Assembly (NCBI GenBank): GCA_963831855.1
Contig: CAWHSA010000005.1
Span: 648,120 to 712,119, forward strand
Source of the DNA: an uncultured Bacteroidales bacterium
GTDB taxonomy: Bacteria > Bacteroidota > Bacteroidia > Bacteroidales > VadinHA17
Reading direction: 5' to 3'
Length of the DNA stretch: 64,000 bases
Position numbers and translations under genes: made by a program
The notes under the pieces: model-generated
Databases searched by the model: none
What the model saw: the letters and a program-made list of their open reading frames with translations, nothing else
Told to the model about the DNA's origin: nothing
Shown: one piece after another, positions 39,850-49,650 of the stretch
Layout of the letters: every line of letters begins with the position of its first letter
How positions within the stretch are numbered: position 1 is the stretch's first letter

Positions 39850-41313
39850 TTATTTCTGATCCTGGTCTGAATTCATGCTGAGATTATTGTTCACGTTATG
39901 AATAATATTCCTGTAATGATCATACCGGTTAAGAATCTCGGTTACAAAATTCACTGATTCCGTTCCCCTGAAATATCCGTTTTTCACAACTGTATCATTA
40001 AAATACTGCGGTTCTGATTTTTTCAGCAGGTAAACAGCAACATTCCCATCCCATTTTTGGGGATCCAGTCCATTTTTACCGGCAAGCCTCATTGCATCAA
40101 AAATATGTCCGGGCCCGGCATTGTATGAAGCCAGAACAAATTTCAGGCGTTCCTGCGGGTCAGATATTTTCAGCTCAAATATCTTCTGGAGCTTATTGAT
40201 ATACATTGTGCCTGCCCTGATATTATTTGCAGGCGATGCTTTGACATCTATACCAAACCTTTCGCCCGTTTGAGGCATAACCTGCATTAACCCTGCAGCA
40301 CCTGCCCATGATTCCACATCCGGATCAAAATGAGATTCCTGGTATATGAGCGAGGCCAGCAGCAGCCAGTCCCAGTCAATACCGGGGCTTGCCTTCCTGA
40401 TCATCTCATCCCAGACAGATATTTTTCCTGTGCTGAGCGAATAATAATCGCTGTTGATAATATTGACTGAACGGGAATTTTTAAAATATTTGGCATATAG
40501 TAAAGCATATGACCTCGATTTCGTGTAACTGTTTAACCAGCCGTTGAGCTCATTAAGTAGTTTTTCCGAATTATCTTTCCTGATTCCCCAGGCAATGTCC
40601 TGAAGAAAGCTTACGGGGGTACTTATGTCAATATCAGGATAATAAGTAGAATTTACGAGTGCAACATTCTCATCACATACAGTGTAATTAATGTCGCCTT
40701 TCACGACGTTCTTAATCAGCTCTTCGGATCCATATGGCACTGCTATTATGTCAATAGTGTCCCCAATTTCATTCTCCAGCGTCCTGAGATTTTCAAGGTG
40801 GGCAGATTCTTCCTGAACATAAATTGATTTTCCCGCAAGGTCGGGCTGACTCCGTACCAGCTGCCTGTTTATGGCATCTGCAGTCATGTTTCTCCAGTTC
40901 CGTGGTTTATGCTGTACCAGTACCTGCCGGGTTTCCAGGATAGGATCCGTAAACAAAATATTTTTGCTTCCTGATGAGCTCACTGTCAACCCCATGGCGA
41001 TCACATCAGCTTCCCCGGAATTCAGGAGGCTGAATGCATCCGAAAGGTGATTTTCTGTAATAAGTTCCAGGTCGATCCCAAGATGGTTTGTGAATTCCCT
41101 GAGCAGTTCGAAATGAAATCCCATAGGTTCACCCTTGTAAATGAAATAATTTGTTGAATTAAAATCAGTTACAGCTACCAGTTTACCTCTCCTGATTATG
41201 GAATCCAGGTCAAAACTTATTTGTTTTGGATTTTCAGGGAGATGAGATTTGGTCGAACAGGAGGATATAACTGCTGACAGTAATGTTATAAAAATGATAA
41301 ACCTTTTACCCAA
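39850..41313 (-). CDS. Lytic murein transglycosylase, MltF-like (solute-binding family 3 domain plus SLT domain), lipoprotein
   Basis: 487 aa. Lipobox LLSAVISSCS. SLT catalytic region LLASLIYQESHFDPDVESWAGAAGLMQVMPQT. Apparent TTG start. Confidence 0.8.
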   Translation of the reverse strand: MGKRFIIFITLLSAVISSCSTKSHLPENPKQISFDLDSIIRRGKLVAVTDFNSTNYFIYKGEPMGFHFELLREFTNHLGIDLELITENHLSDAFSLLNSGEADVIAMGLTVSSSGSKNILFTDPILETRQVLVQHKPRNWRNMTADAINRQLVRSQPDLAGKSIYVQEESAHLENLRTLENEIGDTIDIIAVPYGSEELIKNVVKGDINYTVCDENVALVNSTYYPDIDISTPVSFLQDIAWGIRKDNSEKLLNELNGWLNSYTKSRSYALLYAKYFKNSRSVNIINSDYYSLSTGKISVWDEMIRKASPGIDWDWLLLASLIYQESHFDPDVESWAGAAGLMQVMPQTGERFGIDVKASPANNIRAGTMYINKLQKIFELKISDPQERLKFVLASYNAGPGHIFDAMRLAGKNGLDPQKWDGNVAVYLLKKSEPQYFNDTVVKNGYFRGTESVNFVTEILNRYDHYRNIIHNVNNNLSMNSDQDQK

Positions 41314-41361
41314 AATAATTGTATTTATTACACTTATACTTTCAGTTTAAAAAAGCGGGTG

Positions 41362-41369
41362 CAAAGGTA
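41362..41369 (-). promoter_or_regulatory. Candidate -7 box (TACCTTTG) for the MltF-like gene
   Basis: The plus strand reads CAAAGGTA, which is TACCTTTG on the minus strand, 49 nt upstream of the start at 41313. Confidence 0.35.
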
Positions 41370-41379
41370 CAACAATTTT

Positions 41380-43305
41380 TTAATTATAGAAAGTCCAGGC
41401 TACTCCGTATCTGAACATTCTGATATTCATCGGATAAGAGGGTATGAAAAAGTAATTATAACCCATCAATCCTGAGTTGACATGGTCAAGCATTAAGAAT
41501 ATCCGTGTTCTCTGAAGCTTTAAATTAAGAAAAACATTAAAAAAAGGATAATTTCCCGTTCTGGTCTGGTTCTGCCTGTAATACCTTCCTGTGGCTGGCA
41601 TCCAGGAATACGGATAATAAAGAGAATGGTACAGGACATCGACACCTACCTGGGTATTCAGCTTTCCGTTTGTTTGCCTGAATCTGAACAGGTGTTCAAA
41701 AAATCCTGATGATCTCACTGCCACCAAAGGGAGATTAAGAATATCAGGGTTGCTGCTCCTCTGAACAACAAGATCAGCAGCCAGGTGAAATTTCCAGGCT
41801 TTTAATTCCTTGCTTCCCGTAATTGCAGCAACAGAGAGCCCGCTTCCGAATTGTGAGGGAAGGGCACCAGTATTGAAATCTGTGTAATTATCAATGATTG
41901 CATAATTGAATCTGAGCAGTGTGTTCCCGGCAGGATATGAAAATTCGGTTCCAATGTCAATGCGGAACTCTTTTTTAAGATTTTTATTCCATTCAAAATT
42001 ATTACTTCCCCACCGGTCCATCCAGAATGATGGCTGCCGGTTCATTACTGAGCCAGTAATATCCCATCTGGCAATTCCTTTTTTCAGGATAAATGATTTT
42101 GAGATTTTACCATCCAGAATAAAATCACCTGCCCTGAAGCCCGTGAGATAAAGTTCTCCGTTCGCAATCCACATGAACTTATCTCCTATGTCATTGAATA
42201 ATTTACCGATAAGGACATTATTATGCTTTCGCCAGACGGCAGTATCAGCCACGTGGGTGGTATCATGTGTGGGGATTATCTGGCTGTATTTTAAAAGTTC
42301 ATTCCTTATGCCGACACCGCCTCCGAGCCTGAATTTCCTGGTTTGATCGGTGGTAAAATCAAATCTGATGGTGTTATTGATTGAACGTGCTGAGAGGGAA
42401 TCGTAAGTATTTGATTTTCTTATATAAATAGAATCATAAAATCCTGATGCCGGTCTATTGTCCGAATATGTACTCTTGTCGGATTCCAGAATGAAAATAT
42501 GCGAAAATGTCCCGCTCAGTCCACCTGATACGGCAGTTTTTTTAGTGGAAGTATCTTTAACAGCCGTTCCCTTGCCTAAAGTAAATCTCTGAACCAGAAG
42601 CAGATTCCGGTTCTTCAGGATACTTTTTGCAAGATCCAGTCCACCCAGATTTACAGGAACATCCCGCGGTGTCGGGAAAAGTGCAAGCTGGTCTGTTCCT
42701 GTGATGCCGCCATTTTCATATGATATAAGGTTATTAATTCCTGCAGAAAAATACATTTTATATTTGTCACGGGTGTAAGAAGAATAAAATGTGAATGTCT
42801 TATCCTCTGCCCTCTGATAATTGTACTGGCCCAGACTGTAGATAATATCATATATAAGTCCGAAATTCAGGAACCTGTTTACATTCTGGGAGTGACGGAT
42901 CCTGAATGTCTGCTCCGAGGTCTCCCTGGGCCCGGCAAAGGTCCAGACAGCCTCTGTGAAAGGAACCTGTGTATTCATAAACACCGCACGTTCCGGTAAA
43001 TGCATGATCGGATAAATATATGTATAAAGAAATTTATCGGGATCAGTGATCCGGTCAAAAAAGTTTATCTGGTAAAATGGAAGACCATAGTTACCCAGGG
43101 TGGCATTTATCGGAGAGTATCTGTCGGTCAGCCTGTAACGGTGAAAAAGGGAGAATACTGTATCGAAGGGTATTGGCACCTCACGCGTAAAATCTGAAGA
43201 AAGATTCCATTGTTTCAATATTCTGGGTTTGGCCGGTTCTGTTTTTTGAGCAGACAGGCCGGCTGACACAAAAAACAGGAGAAATATTGAAACAAATCTG
43301 ATCAT
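41380..43305 (-). CDS. Outer-membrane beta-barrel protein ('putative porin' type)
   Basis: 641 aa with signal peptide MIRFVSIFLLFFVSAGLSAQ. Alternating-hydrophobic beta-strand pattern throughout, with an aromatic-rich C-terminus (YGVAWTFYN). The family call is tentative. Confidence 0.55.
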   Translation of the reverse strand: MIRFVSIFLLFFVSAGLSAQKTEPAKPRILKQWNLSSDFTREVPIPFDTVFSLFHRYRLTDRYSPINATLGNYGLPFYQINFFDRITDPDKFLYTYIYPIMHLPERAVFMNTQVPFTEAVWTFAGPRETSEQTFRIRHSQNVNRFLNFGLIYDIIYSLGQYNYQRAEDKTFTFYSSYTRDKYKMYFSAGINNLISYENGGITGTDQLALFPTPRDVPVNLGGLDLAKSILKNRNLLLVQRFTLGKGTAVKDTSTKKTAVSGGLSGTFSHIFILESDKSTYSDNRPASGFYDSIYIRKSNTYDSLSARSINNTIRFDFTTDQTRKFRLGGGVGIRNELLKYSQIIPTHDTTHVADTAVWRKHNNVLIGKLFNDIGDKFMWIANGELYLTGFRAGDFILDGKISKSFILKKGIARWDITGSVMNRQPSFWMDRWGSNNFEWNKNLKKEFRIDIGTEFSYPAGNTLLRFNYAIIDNYTDFNTGALPSQFGSGLSVAAITGSKELKAWKFHLAADLVVQRSSNPDILNLPLVAVRSSGFFEHLFRFRQTNGKLNTQVGVDVLYHSLYYPYSWMPATGRYYRQNQTRTGNYPFFNVFLNLKLQRTRIFLMLDHVNSGLMGYNYFFIPSYPMNIRMFRYGVAWTFYN

Positions 43306-43445
43306 CAGCGCAAATATAGGAATTTTAAAAACTTACACCGGGGAAATCAGGAGAACCACATGGATACACAGGGATAAAACACAGTGGAATTATGTGCACC
43401 TGAGTGGACCTCCGTGAGATAAAAAACCCGGGGCAGATAGTTTCT

Positions 43446-44924
43446 TCAATCCACGTTATCGTTCAGATAGGCATTGTTCTCGCGGAGCACAGGACCCTCC
43501 TGGTCATCGGAAGTGAGCGTGAATTTTGATAACTTGCTATCTGATGCTTTTTCAGGCGGATTAAGCGACATATTCCTTCTTATATATGCAGGAACATCCT
43601 CAAAAGTATCAATATTCTCTTTTACGGTCTTATTTGAGAGTCCTTCCTTTTTCAGTAAATTCTGCATATGCTTTACCTTCCTCAGAGTCGCATCGTGCTT
43701 TTTATGTTCATCATCATCATCATCCCTTTCCCGTGAATGGCCCAAATCGCCGGCTCCTCCGGATCCAAAATCAAGCTCACCCTGCGATTCTTCTTCAAAA
43801 TCGGTTATTATCGGTTTATGTTCCCTGTCATGCACAGAAAATGTCTCCTCATGTTTCTCGGGAATGATCCTGGGGGGAGTTATATTATTGTTTGATAGCA
43901 GTTCCACCTTTTTTTGCTTTTTTGCCTTATAAGGCTGGAAAATGCTGTTGGCCTCAAAACCTGTAGCAATTACTGTGACACTGATATTCTCACCAAGCGT
44001 CGAGTCTTGTGATAATCCCCTGATGATCAGAGCATCTTCAGATGCTGCTTCATACATATAATCCGTTATTTCCCCAAGTTCATCCATAGTGATTTCATGC
44101 TCTCCTGTCCCTGAAGAGATATTGATCAGGATGCTTTTTGCGCCGGTTATGTCGTTTGAATTGAGCAATGGCGAAGCGAGAGCATTTTCAATTGCTTTAA
44201 TTGCCCTGTTCCCGCCTGCTGCAGCTCCCATGCCCATAATTGCGACTCCCGAGTTCTTCATCACTGTCTCGACATCAGCAAAATCGACATTTATATAGCC
44301 CGTCACCGTAATGATCTCAGCAATGCCCTTGACAGCAGTAGTAAGGACATCGTCGGCTTTTGCAAAAGCTGTCGATACACCCTGGTTTCCGTAGATCTCC
44401 CTGAGTTTCTCATTGTTAATTACCAGCAGTGAATCGACATGATCCTTAAGCTCTGTAATTCCGTCTATTGCATAACGTATCCGGACTTTTCCCTCAGATT
44501 TAAATGGTATGGTAACTACAGCAATTGTGAGAAGTCCCGAATCCCTGCAGGCCTTGGCGATCACCGGTATTGCACCTGTTCCGGTTCCCCCTCCCATACC
44601 TGTTGTCACAAACACCATTCTTGTATTACCTCCCACAGCTTTCATGACATCGGCAATATTCTCCAGGGCAGCTCTTTTGCCTTTTTCAGGCTGGCTGCCA
44701 GCTCCCATCCCTTCGGTCAGCGACTCACCGATCTGAACCTTGACCGGGACAGGGCTTTTAACCAGTGCCTGGTGGTCAGTGTTGCATACTATGAAATTCA
44801 CATCCCTGATACCTTTTTCAAACATGTGATTCACTGCATTATTGCCGCCACCTCCGATACCGAGGACTTTAATTATTGATGATCTTTCAACAGGCAGATC
44901 AAAATTCATTATATCGTCCGACAT
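43446..44924 (-). CDS. ftsZ: Cell division protein FtsZ (long acidic/basic C-terminal linker)
   Basis: Tubulin signature GGGTGTGA, NTDHQAL and the rest of the GTPase core, followed by a ~150-aa low-complexity linker including DDDDDEHKKH. Confidence 0.97.
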   Translation of the reverse strand: MSDDIMNFDLPVERSSIIKVLGIGGGGNNAVNHMFEKGIRDVNFIVCNTDHQALVKSPVPVKVQIGESLTEGMGAGSQPEKGKRAALENIADVMKAVGGNTRMVFVTTGMGGGTGTGAIPVIAKACRDSGLLTIAVVTIPFKSEGKVRIRYAIDGITELKDHVDSLLVINNEKLREIYGNQGVSTAFAKADDVLTTAVKGIAEIITVTGYINVDFADVETVMKNSGVAIMGMGAAAGGNRAIKAIENALASPLLNSNDITGAKSILINISSGTGEHEITMDELGEITDYMYEAASEDALIIRGLSQDSTLGENISVTVIATGFEANSIFQPYKAKKQKKVELLSNNNITPPRIIPEKHEETFSVHDREHKPIITDFEEESQGELDFGSGGAGDLGHSRERDDDDDEHKKHDATLRKVKHMQNLLKKEGLSNKTVKENIDTFEDVPAYIRRNMSLNPPEKASDSKLSKFTLTSDDQEGPVLRENNAYLNDNVD

Positions 44925-44988
44925 AGTGTTTTATTTATTAAATGTTTCTGAACAGCATTCGTTAATTGAAAACCATATTTAAAACCTG

Positions 44989-46350
44989 TCAGCCAATAGG
45001 CTGATCTTCAATCTCAAACATCCGCGACATCATAATTTTGATCTTGTCGGTCAATGAGGTTTTGGGTTCAGGCTGATCCTCAGAAATGGTATTTCCTGAT
45101 TCAACGCCTGCTTCCTCTTTATCTTCGATTTTGACCTTCGGAGGGGCGATAAATTCTTCCTGTGTTCCCGCATTGAAGGATTTTTTATACATTTCGAGGT
45201 AGTCAAATCCACGCATTATCAATCCGACAGCGGTGGCATACATTGGCTGATTGATCTCATTCCGTCCTGGACCTGCGAGGTGTTCATTCGGAATTCCGAT
45301 CCTGACATCCATAGCCGTTTTGAATTTCATGAGCTGAGGCAGGTGTTTAAGCATGGCTCCTCCGCCCGTAATTACCACACCTGCAGCCAGCTTATCAGCG
45401 TATCCTGAATTCTGGATCTCAAAATTCACAAAATCAATTATTTCCTCCATTCTTGACTGGATAATGTAAGCAAGGCTCCTGAAAGATATCTCCTTGGGTT
45501 CCCTTCCGCTTATCCCGGGTATTGAAACCACTTTGTCCTCAGGCGCTATATCGCCCAATGCAGAGCCATACTGCAATTTCAGCTGTTCTGCATGACGTTG
45601 CAAAATTGCGCATCCTTCCTTGATATCCTTGGTAACAACATTGCCGCCAAGCGGAATTACAGCTGTATGACGGATTATGTTATCATAGTATACAGCCACG
45701 TCTGTTGTGCCACCGCCGATATCTACAAGAACAACTCCGGCCTCTTTCTCATCATCGGTAAGAACTGCATCGGATGAAGCAAGCGGTTCGAGTATCATAT
45801 CTTTAACCAGGAGGTTGGCTTTCCTCACGCATTTTTCGATGTTTTTAGCCGCAGCCACCTGTCCTATAACAATGTGGAAATTAGCTTCAAGCCGCCTTCC
45901 ACACATGCCTATCGGGCTCTTGACTCCTGTTTCGGCATCAACAATGAAGTTTTGCGGTATTACATGGATTATCTCTTCCCCGATATCGATATGTATCTTA
46001 TGCATATCCTCAATAAGTCTGAATACCTCCTCCTTCTTTATCTCATCCTCATAATTGTCGCGCATGATGTATCCGCGGTTCTTCATGCTTTTGATATGCT
46101 GTCCGGCAATGCCTACAAAAACCTCCGAAAATTTTATTCCGGATCTTTTTTGTACATCATCGACTGTTGTCTGGATTGCATTTACTGTTTCTTCAATATT
46201 CAAAACAACGCCTCTCTTGACGCCTTTTGACAGAGCTTTGCTCAACCCGAGAATTTCAATTTTGCCATTCTCGTTTTTCTTGCCGACAATGGCCACAATC
46301 TTTGTGGTTCCAATGTCGATCGCTGCTACATACTGTTCTTTTTTGCTCAT
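44989..46350 (-). CDS. ftsA: Cell division protein FtsA
   Basis: Actin-fold motifs AAIDIGTTKIVAIVG, VLVDIGGGTTDVAVY and VITGGGAMLKHL. Confidence 0.95.
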   Translation of the reverse strand: MSKKEQYVAAIDIGTTKIVAIVGKKNENGKIEILGLSKALSKGVKRGVVLNIEETVNAIQTTVDDVQKRSGIKFSEVFVGIAGQHIKSMKNRGYIMRDNYEDEIKKEEVFRLIEDMHKIHIDIGEEIIHVIPQNFIVDAETGVKSPIGMCGRRLEANFHIVIGQVAAAKNIEKCVRKANLLVKDMILEPLASSDAVLTDDEKEAGVVLVDIGGGTTDVAVYYDNIIRHTAVIPLGGNVVTKDIKEGCAILQRHAEQLKLQYGSALGDIAPEDKVVSIPGISGREPKEISFRSLAYIIQSRMEEIIDFVNFEIQNSGYADKLAAGVVITGGGAMLKHLPQLMKFKTAMDVRIGIPNEHLAGPGRNEINQPMYATAVGLIMRGFDYLEMYKKSFNAGTQEEFIAPPKVKIEDKEEAGVESGNTISEDQPEPKTSLTDKIKIMMSRMFEIEDQPIG

Positions 46351-46370
46351 ATGATTTTAAATATGGTTTT

Positions 46371-47150
46371 CTATTGTCTCCTTTTGCAAACAATCTGATC
46401 CTTATATTCAAGATTTATGACCGAATACTTATTCCAGCCGGCTACCGGCAGGACTTTTTCGTAAAATGCCGAGAGATTTCTCAGCTTCCCCCTGAAGTTT
46501 TCAAATGTCCCGAGGTGGACAAGATGACTGCCAGCCCTCGGAATCAGGTCGACCTCATCCCTTTCATCAACATAAATCTGGTCTATCTGTGCCGACCAGA
46601 AACTGTCGCTATCGATATATTTTACAAAATGCCAGATATCAGGAAGAATTGAATTCTTTATGCTTGTGTCGAAAACGCTTATCCCGTCAAGCATTGGTTT
46701 GCTTATATGAACATTGCCCTCAACGATATGCAGCCGCGGAGTGTAAAGGTTCCTTCTTCGGACGATCACTCCCTCCTCATCGACAAAATAATCCCCGCCC
46801 TCGTCGGGCATCACTCTCATGACAGGATCGCGCTGATCAACAAAAACATGAAGCGCTCCGTCAATTGTCATGTAAACTTCAGCTTCCTTAAGTTCCCTGA
46901 GTAAATTAATTCTTTTCTCAATTTCAGGTACCGGGACATCCCTGACAAGCCTGCCGAGTATCTTATCATCATCACCATAGGCAAGGTTCAGTAATTGCCT
47001 CTTTGTAACAAAATGATAATCGGCAGAGTCACTAATACTTATGATAATCCTGGTGCACGGCTTCGAATTTGATGAAGATGCCATGTAGACAGGTATAATC
47101 AGCAGGTATAGTACGGGGATCATTATCAATATCTTAGCAAATCTGCTCAT
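46371..47150 (-). CDS. ftsQ: Cell division protein FtsQ/DivIB-like
   Basis: 259 aa with an N-terminal TM helix and a POTRA-like region. It sits between murC and ftsA, overlapping murC by 4 nt. Confidence 0.75.
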   Translation of the reverse strand: MSRFAKILIMIPVLYLLIIPVYMASSSNSKPCTRIIISISDSADYHFVTKRQLLNLAYGDDDKILGRLVRDVPVPEIEKRINLLRELKEAEVYMTIDGALHVFVDQRDPVMRVMPDEGGDYFVDEEGVIVRRRNLYTPRLHIVEGNVHISKPMLDGISVFDTSIKNSILPDIWHFVKYIDSDSFWSAQIDQIYVDERDEVDLIPRAGSHLVHLGTFENFRGKLRNLSAFYEKVLPVAGWNKYSVINLEYKDQIVCKRRQ

Positions 47151-48541
47151 CCCCTGCCCTCCTCTTTTAACTTTCTTTCAATCGGATCTGCCAGTTTGTC
47201 GATATCACCGGCGCCAATTGTAACAAGGACATCCAGTCTGCCGCGATCAAGTGCACCCGGCAGATCTTCCATCTGCATCAGTCTCCTGTCGGCGAGCTTC
47301 ATCCTGTCCAGAATAAGTTGTGATGAAACACCTGCTATAGGTTTCTCTCTGGCAGGATAAATGGGTAGAAGGATCACCTCATCGAGTTTGTCAAGTATTC
47401 TGGCAAATCCTTCTGCATGATCACGTGTTCGTGTAAAAAGATGCGGCTGGAATATCCCGGTTATTTTTCTGCCCTTAAAATATTCCCTCAGCGACTCAAT
47501 ACATGCTTTTATTTCTTCAGGATGATGAGCGTAGTCGTCAACATAAGCAAGGCCCGGTCTGTTCACCCTGATATCGAATCTCCTCCTGACGCCCTGGAAG
47601 ATGACAATAGCTTTCCTGATCTCATTTTCAGAAACGCCGCAGTTTAATGCGATTGCCATTGCGGCTGCAAGGTTTTCAATGTTTATGATCCCGGGGAACG
47701 GGAATCTCAGACCTTCAAAGCCTGTTGCCGGTGTTTTAAAGTCGAAGCTGTAATAATCGCCCTGCCGGACAATATTGAAATATCTGTAATCGGCATTTGC
47801 GCTGGTTCCGTAGGTAAAACATAAAATGCCGGCCGGGCATGTGATCTTATCTCTGATCCTGTCATTGACAATCAGTAATCCGCCGGGACGGATCCTTCTG
47901 CAGAACTCATTATAGGCGGAGATCATCTCCTCGTGGGATCCATAAACCTCAAGATGATCAGGGTCTACTGCAGTTATTACCGCCATTAGAGGGCTGAGCC
48001 AGAGAAAAGACCGGTCATATTCATCGGCCTCCATTACTGTGAACCTTCCTCCGCCTGTAATAAGGTTTGATCCGTAGTTTTTAGAGATTCCTCCCAGAAA
48101 TGCCGAACAATCTATCTGCGATTGCTTAAGCAGATGTGCAGTCATAGTGGAGACAGTTGTTTTTCCGTGAGTACCTGCTACTGCTATTGTTTCGGTTTGG
48201 TCAGAGATGCTGCCAAGGACTTCGGCCCTTTTGAATATCCTGTATCCGTTTGACCTGTAAAACGAAAGTATCCGGTTTCCGTCAGTAATTGCCGGTGTAT
48301 ATATTATTAAAATACTGTTCTTCCGGGGGATATCTCTGAACAGTGAAGGGAAAAGTGCAATATCATCTTCATAAATAATTTCACAACCGGCACCGGCAAG
48401 ATCATCAGTTATTCCGGTTTCTGTTCTGTCATAACCTGCAATTCTGAATCCTCCCTTAGCAAAATATCTGGCGAGGGCACTCATACCGATACCCCCGATA
48501 CCCACAAAACATATTGCTTCCGTGTTTTTCAGATCGATCAT
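47147..48541 (-). CDS. murC: UDP-N-acetylmuramate--L-alanine ligase
   Basis: Motifs FVGIGGIGMSALA, GTHGKTT and DDYAHHPEE. Confidence 0.95.
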   Translation of the reverse strand: MIDLKNTEAICFVGIGGIGMSALARYFAKGGFRIAGYDRTETGITDDLAGAGCEIIYEDDIALFPSLFRDIPRKNSILIIYTPAITDGNRILSFYRSNGYRIFKRAEVLGSISDQTETIAVAGTHGKTTVSTMTAHLLKQSQIDCSAFLGGISKNYGSNLITGGGRFTVMEADEYDRSFLWLSPLMAVITAVDPDHLEVYGSHEEMISAYNEFCRRIRPGGLLIVNDRIRDKITCPAGILCFTYGTSANADYRYFNIVRQGDYYSFDFKTPATGFEGLRFPFPGIINIENLAAAMAIALNCGVSENEIRKAIVIFQGVRRRFDIRVNRPGLAYVDDYAHHPEEIKACIESLREYFKGRKITGIFQPHLFTRTRDHAEGFARILDKLDEVILLPIYPAREKPIAGVSSQLILDRMKLADRRLMQMEDLPGALDRGRLDVLVTIGAGDIDKLADPIERKLKEEGRG

Positions 48542-49650
48542 TTCCCTGCTAGTTTTAATACCTCCCCGGCAATCCTCATATCTGCATCCCTGTCTGCCAT
48601 CTTTTTTATATTCTCCGACAGGGATTCTCTTTCCTTTTTATCCCTGATAAGTTTTATTGCCTCATCCACAAGCTGTTTCACTGCCTTTTCATCACGGACA
48701 AGTATTGCGGCATTCTTATAAGTCAGTGCCAGGGCATTTTTTGTCTGGTGATCCTCGGCGACATTTGGCGAGGGAACCAGAATTGCCGGTTTGCCAACCA
48801 GGCACAACTCTGAAATTGTTCCGGCACCTGCCCGCGAGATAATTATGTCAGCGGCAGCAAATGCATAATCCATTCTGTTTATAAAATCATGGATCACAAT
48901 ACTTTCCATCGGATGGGCTGATATCAGTGCTTTTACATTTTCAAAATAGTATTTCCCTGTCTGCCAGAGCCATTGAATTCCCGAATCATGCATTTTCCCG
49001 ATATTTTCAGAGAGACTCCTGTTGATAGTGCCTGCGCCCAGCGATCCTCCAAGAACCAAAACAACAGGCTTATCCTTTTTAAGTCTGAAAAAAGAAAGGG
49101 CTTCAACTTTGTAATTCTCCAGATTATCAAAACTCTGACGTACAGGGTTTCCTGTTTTGATTATCTTCTTTTCGGGGAAATATTTTTCCATGCCATCGTA
49201 AGCTACACATATAACTGACGCTTTTTTAGCAAGTAACTTGTTGGTAATTCCGGCATAACTGTTCTGTTCCTGTATAAGTGTCGGTATACCCAGCTTACCT
49301 GCCTGTCTGAGCACGGGTCCGCTGGCGTAACCTCCTACACCTACAACAACATCAGGCTGAAACTCTTTTATTATTTTAGTTGCGAGGAAGAGACTCTTTA
49401 CCAGTTTATAGAGAACTGAAATGTTTTCAGGAGAGAGGTTTCTCCGGAAACCTGCGACAGGCAGCCCGACAATTTTGTATCCTGCGGACGGAACTTTTTC
49501 CATCTCCATTCTTCCCTCCGCGCCTACAAAAAGGATCTCTGTCTCAGGATCCATTCTCCTCAGAGCATTTGCAACAGAGATGGCAGGGAAAATATGACCG
49601 CCGGTACCCCCGCCGCTGATAATGATCTTCTTATGCTTTTGCGGGTTCAT
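48538..49650 (-). CDS. murG: Undecaprenyldiphospho-muramoylpentapeptide beta-N-acetylglucosaminyltransferase
   Basis: Motifs IIISGGGTGGHIFPA and ...SRAGAGTISEL. Start chosen at the ATG at 49650 (MNPQKHKKIIISGGG); the ORF-track start at 49713 lies inside ftsW. Confidence 0.92.
   Translation of the reverse strand: MNPQKHKKIIISGGGTGGHIFPAISVANALRRMDPETEILFVGAEGRMEMEKVPSAGYKIVGLPVAGFRRNLSPENISVLYKLVKSLFLATKIIKEFQPDVVVGVGGYASGPVLRQAGKLGIPTLIQEQNSYAGITNKLLAKKASVICVAYDGMEKYFPEKKIIKTGNPVRQSFDNLENYKVEALSFFRLKKDKPVVLVLGGSLGAGTINRSLSENIGKMHDSGIQWLWQTGKYYFENVKALISAHPMESIVIHDFINRMDYAFAAADIIISRAGAGTISELCLVGKPAILVPSPNVAEDHQTKNALALTYKNAAILVRDEKAVKQLVDEAIKLIRDKKERESLSENIKKMADRDADMRIAGEVLKLAGK

Noticed and set aside
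43311-43318. TATATTTG (minus strand) -7-like box in front of the porin gene
   Set aside because: It ends only 5 nt from the ATG, which would imply a leaderless mRNA. That is possible, but it is too uncertain to list as a promoter.
43474-43932. 152-aa Ser-rich plus-strand ORF
   Set aside because: It is antisense to the low-complexity C-terminal linker of ftsZ and has no independent support.
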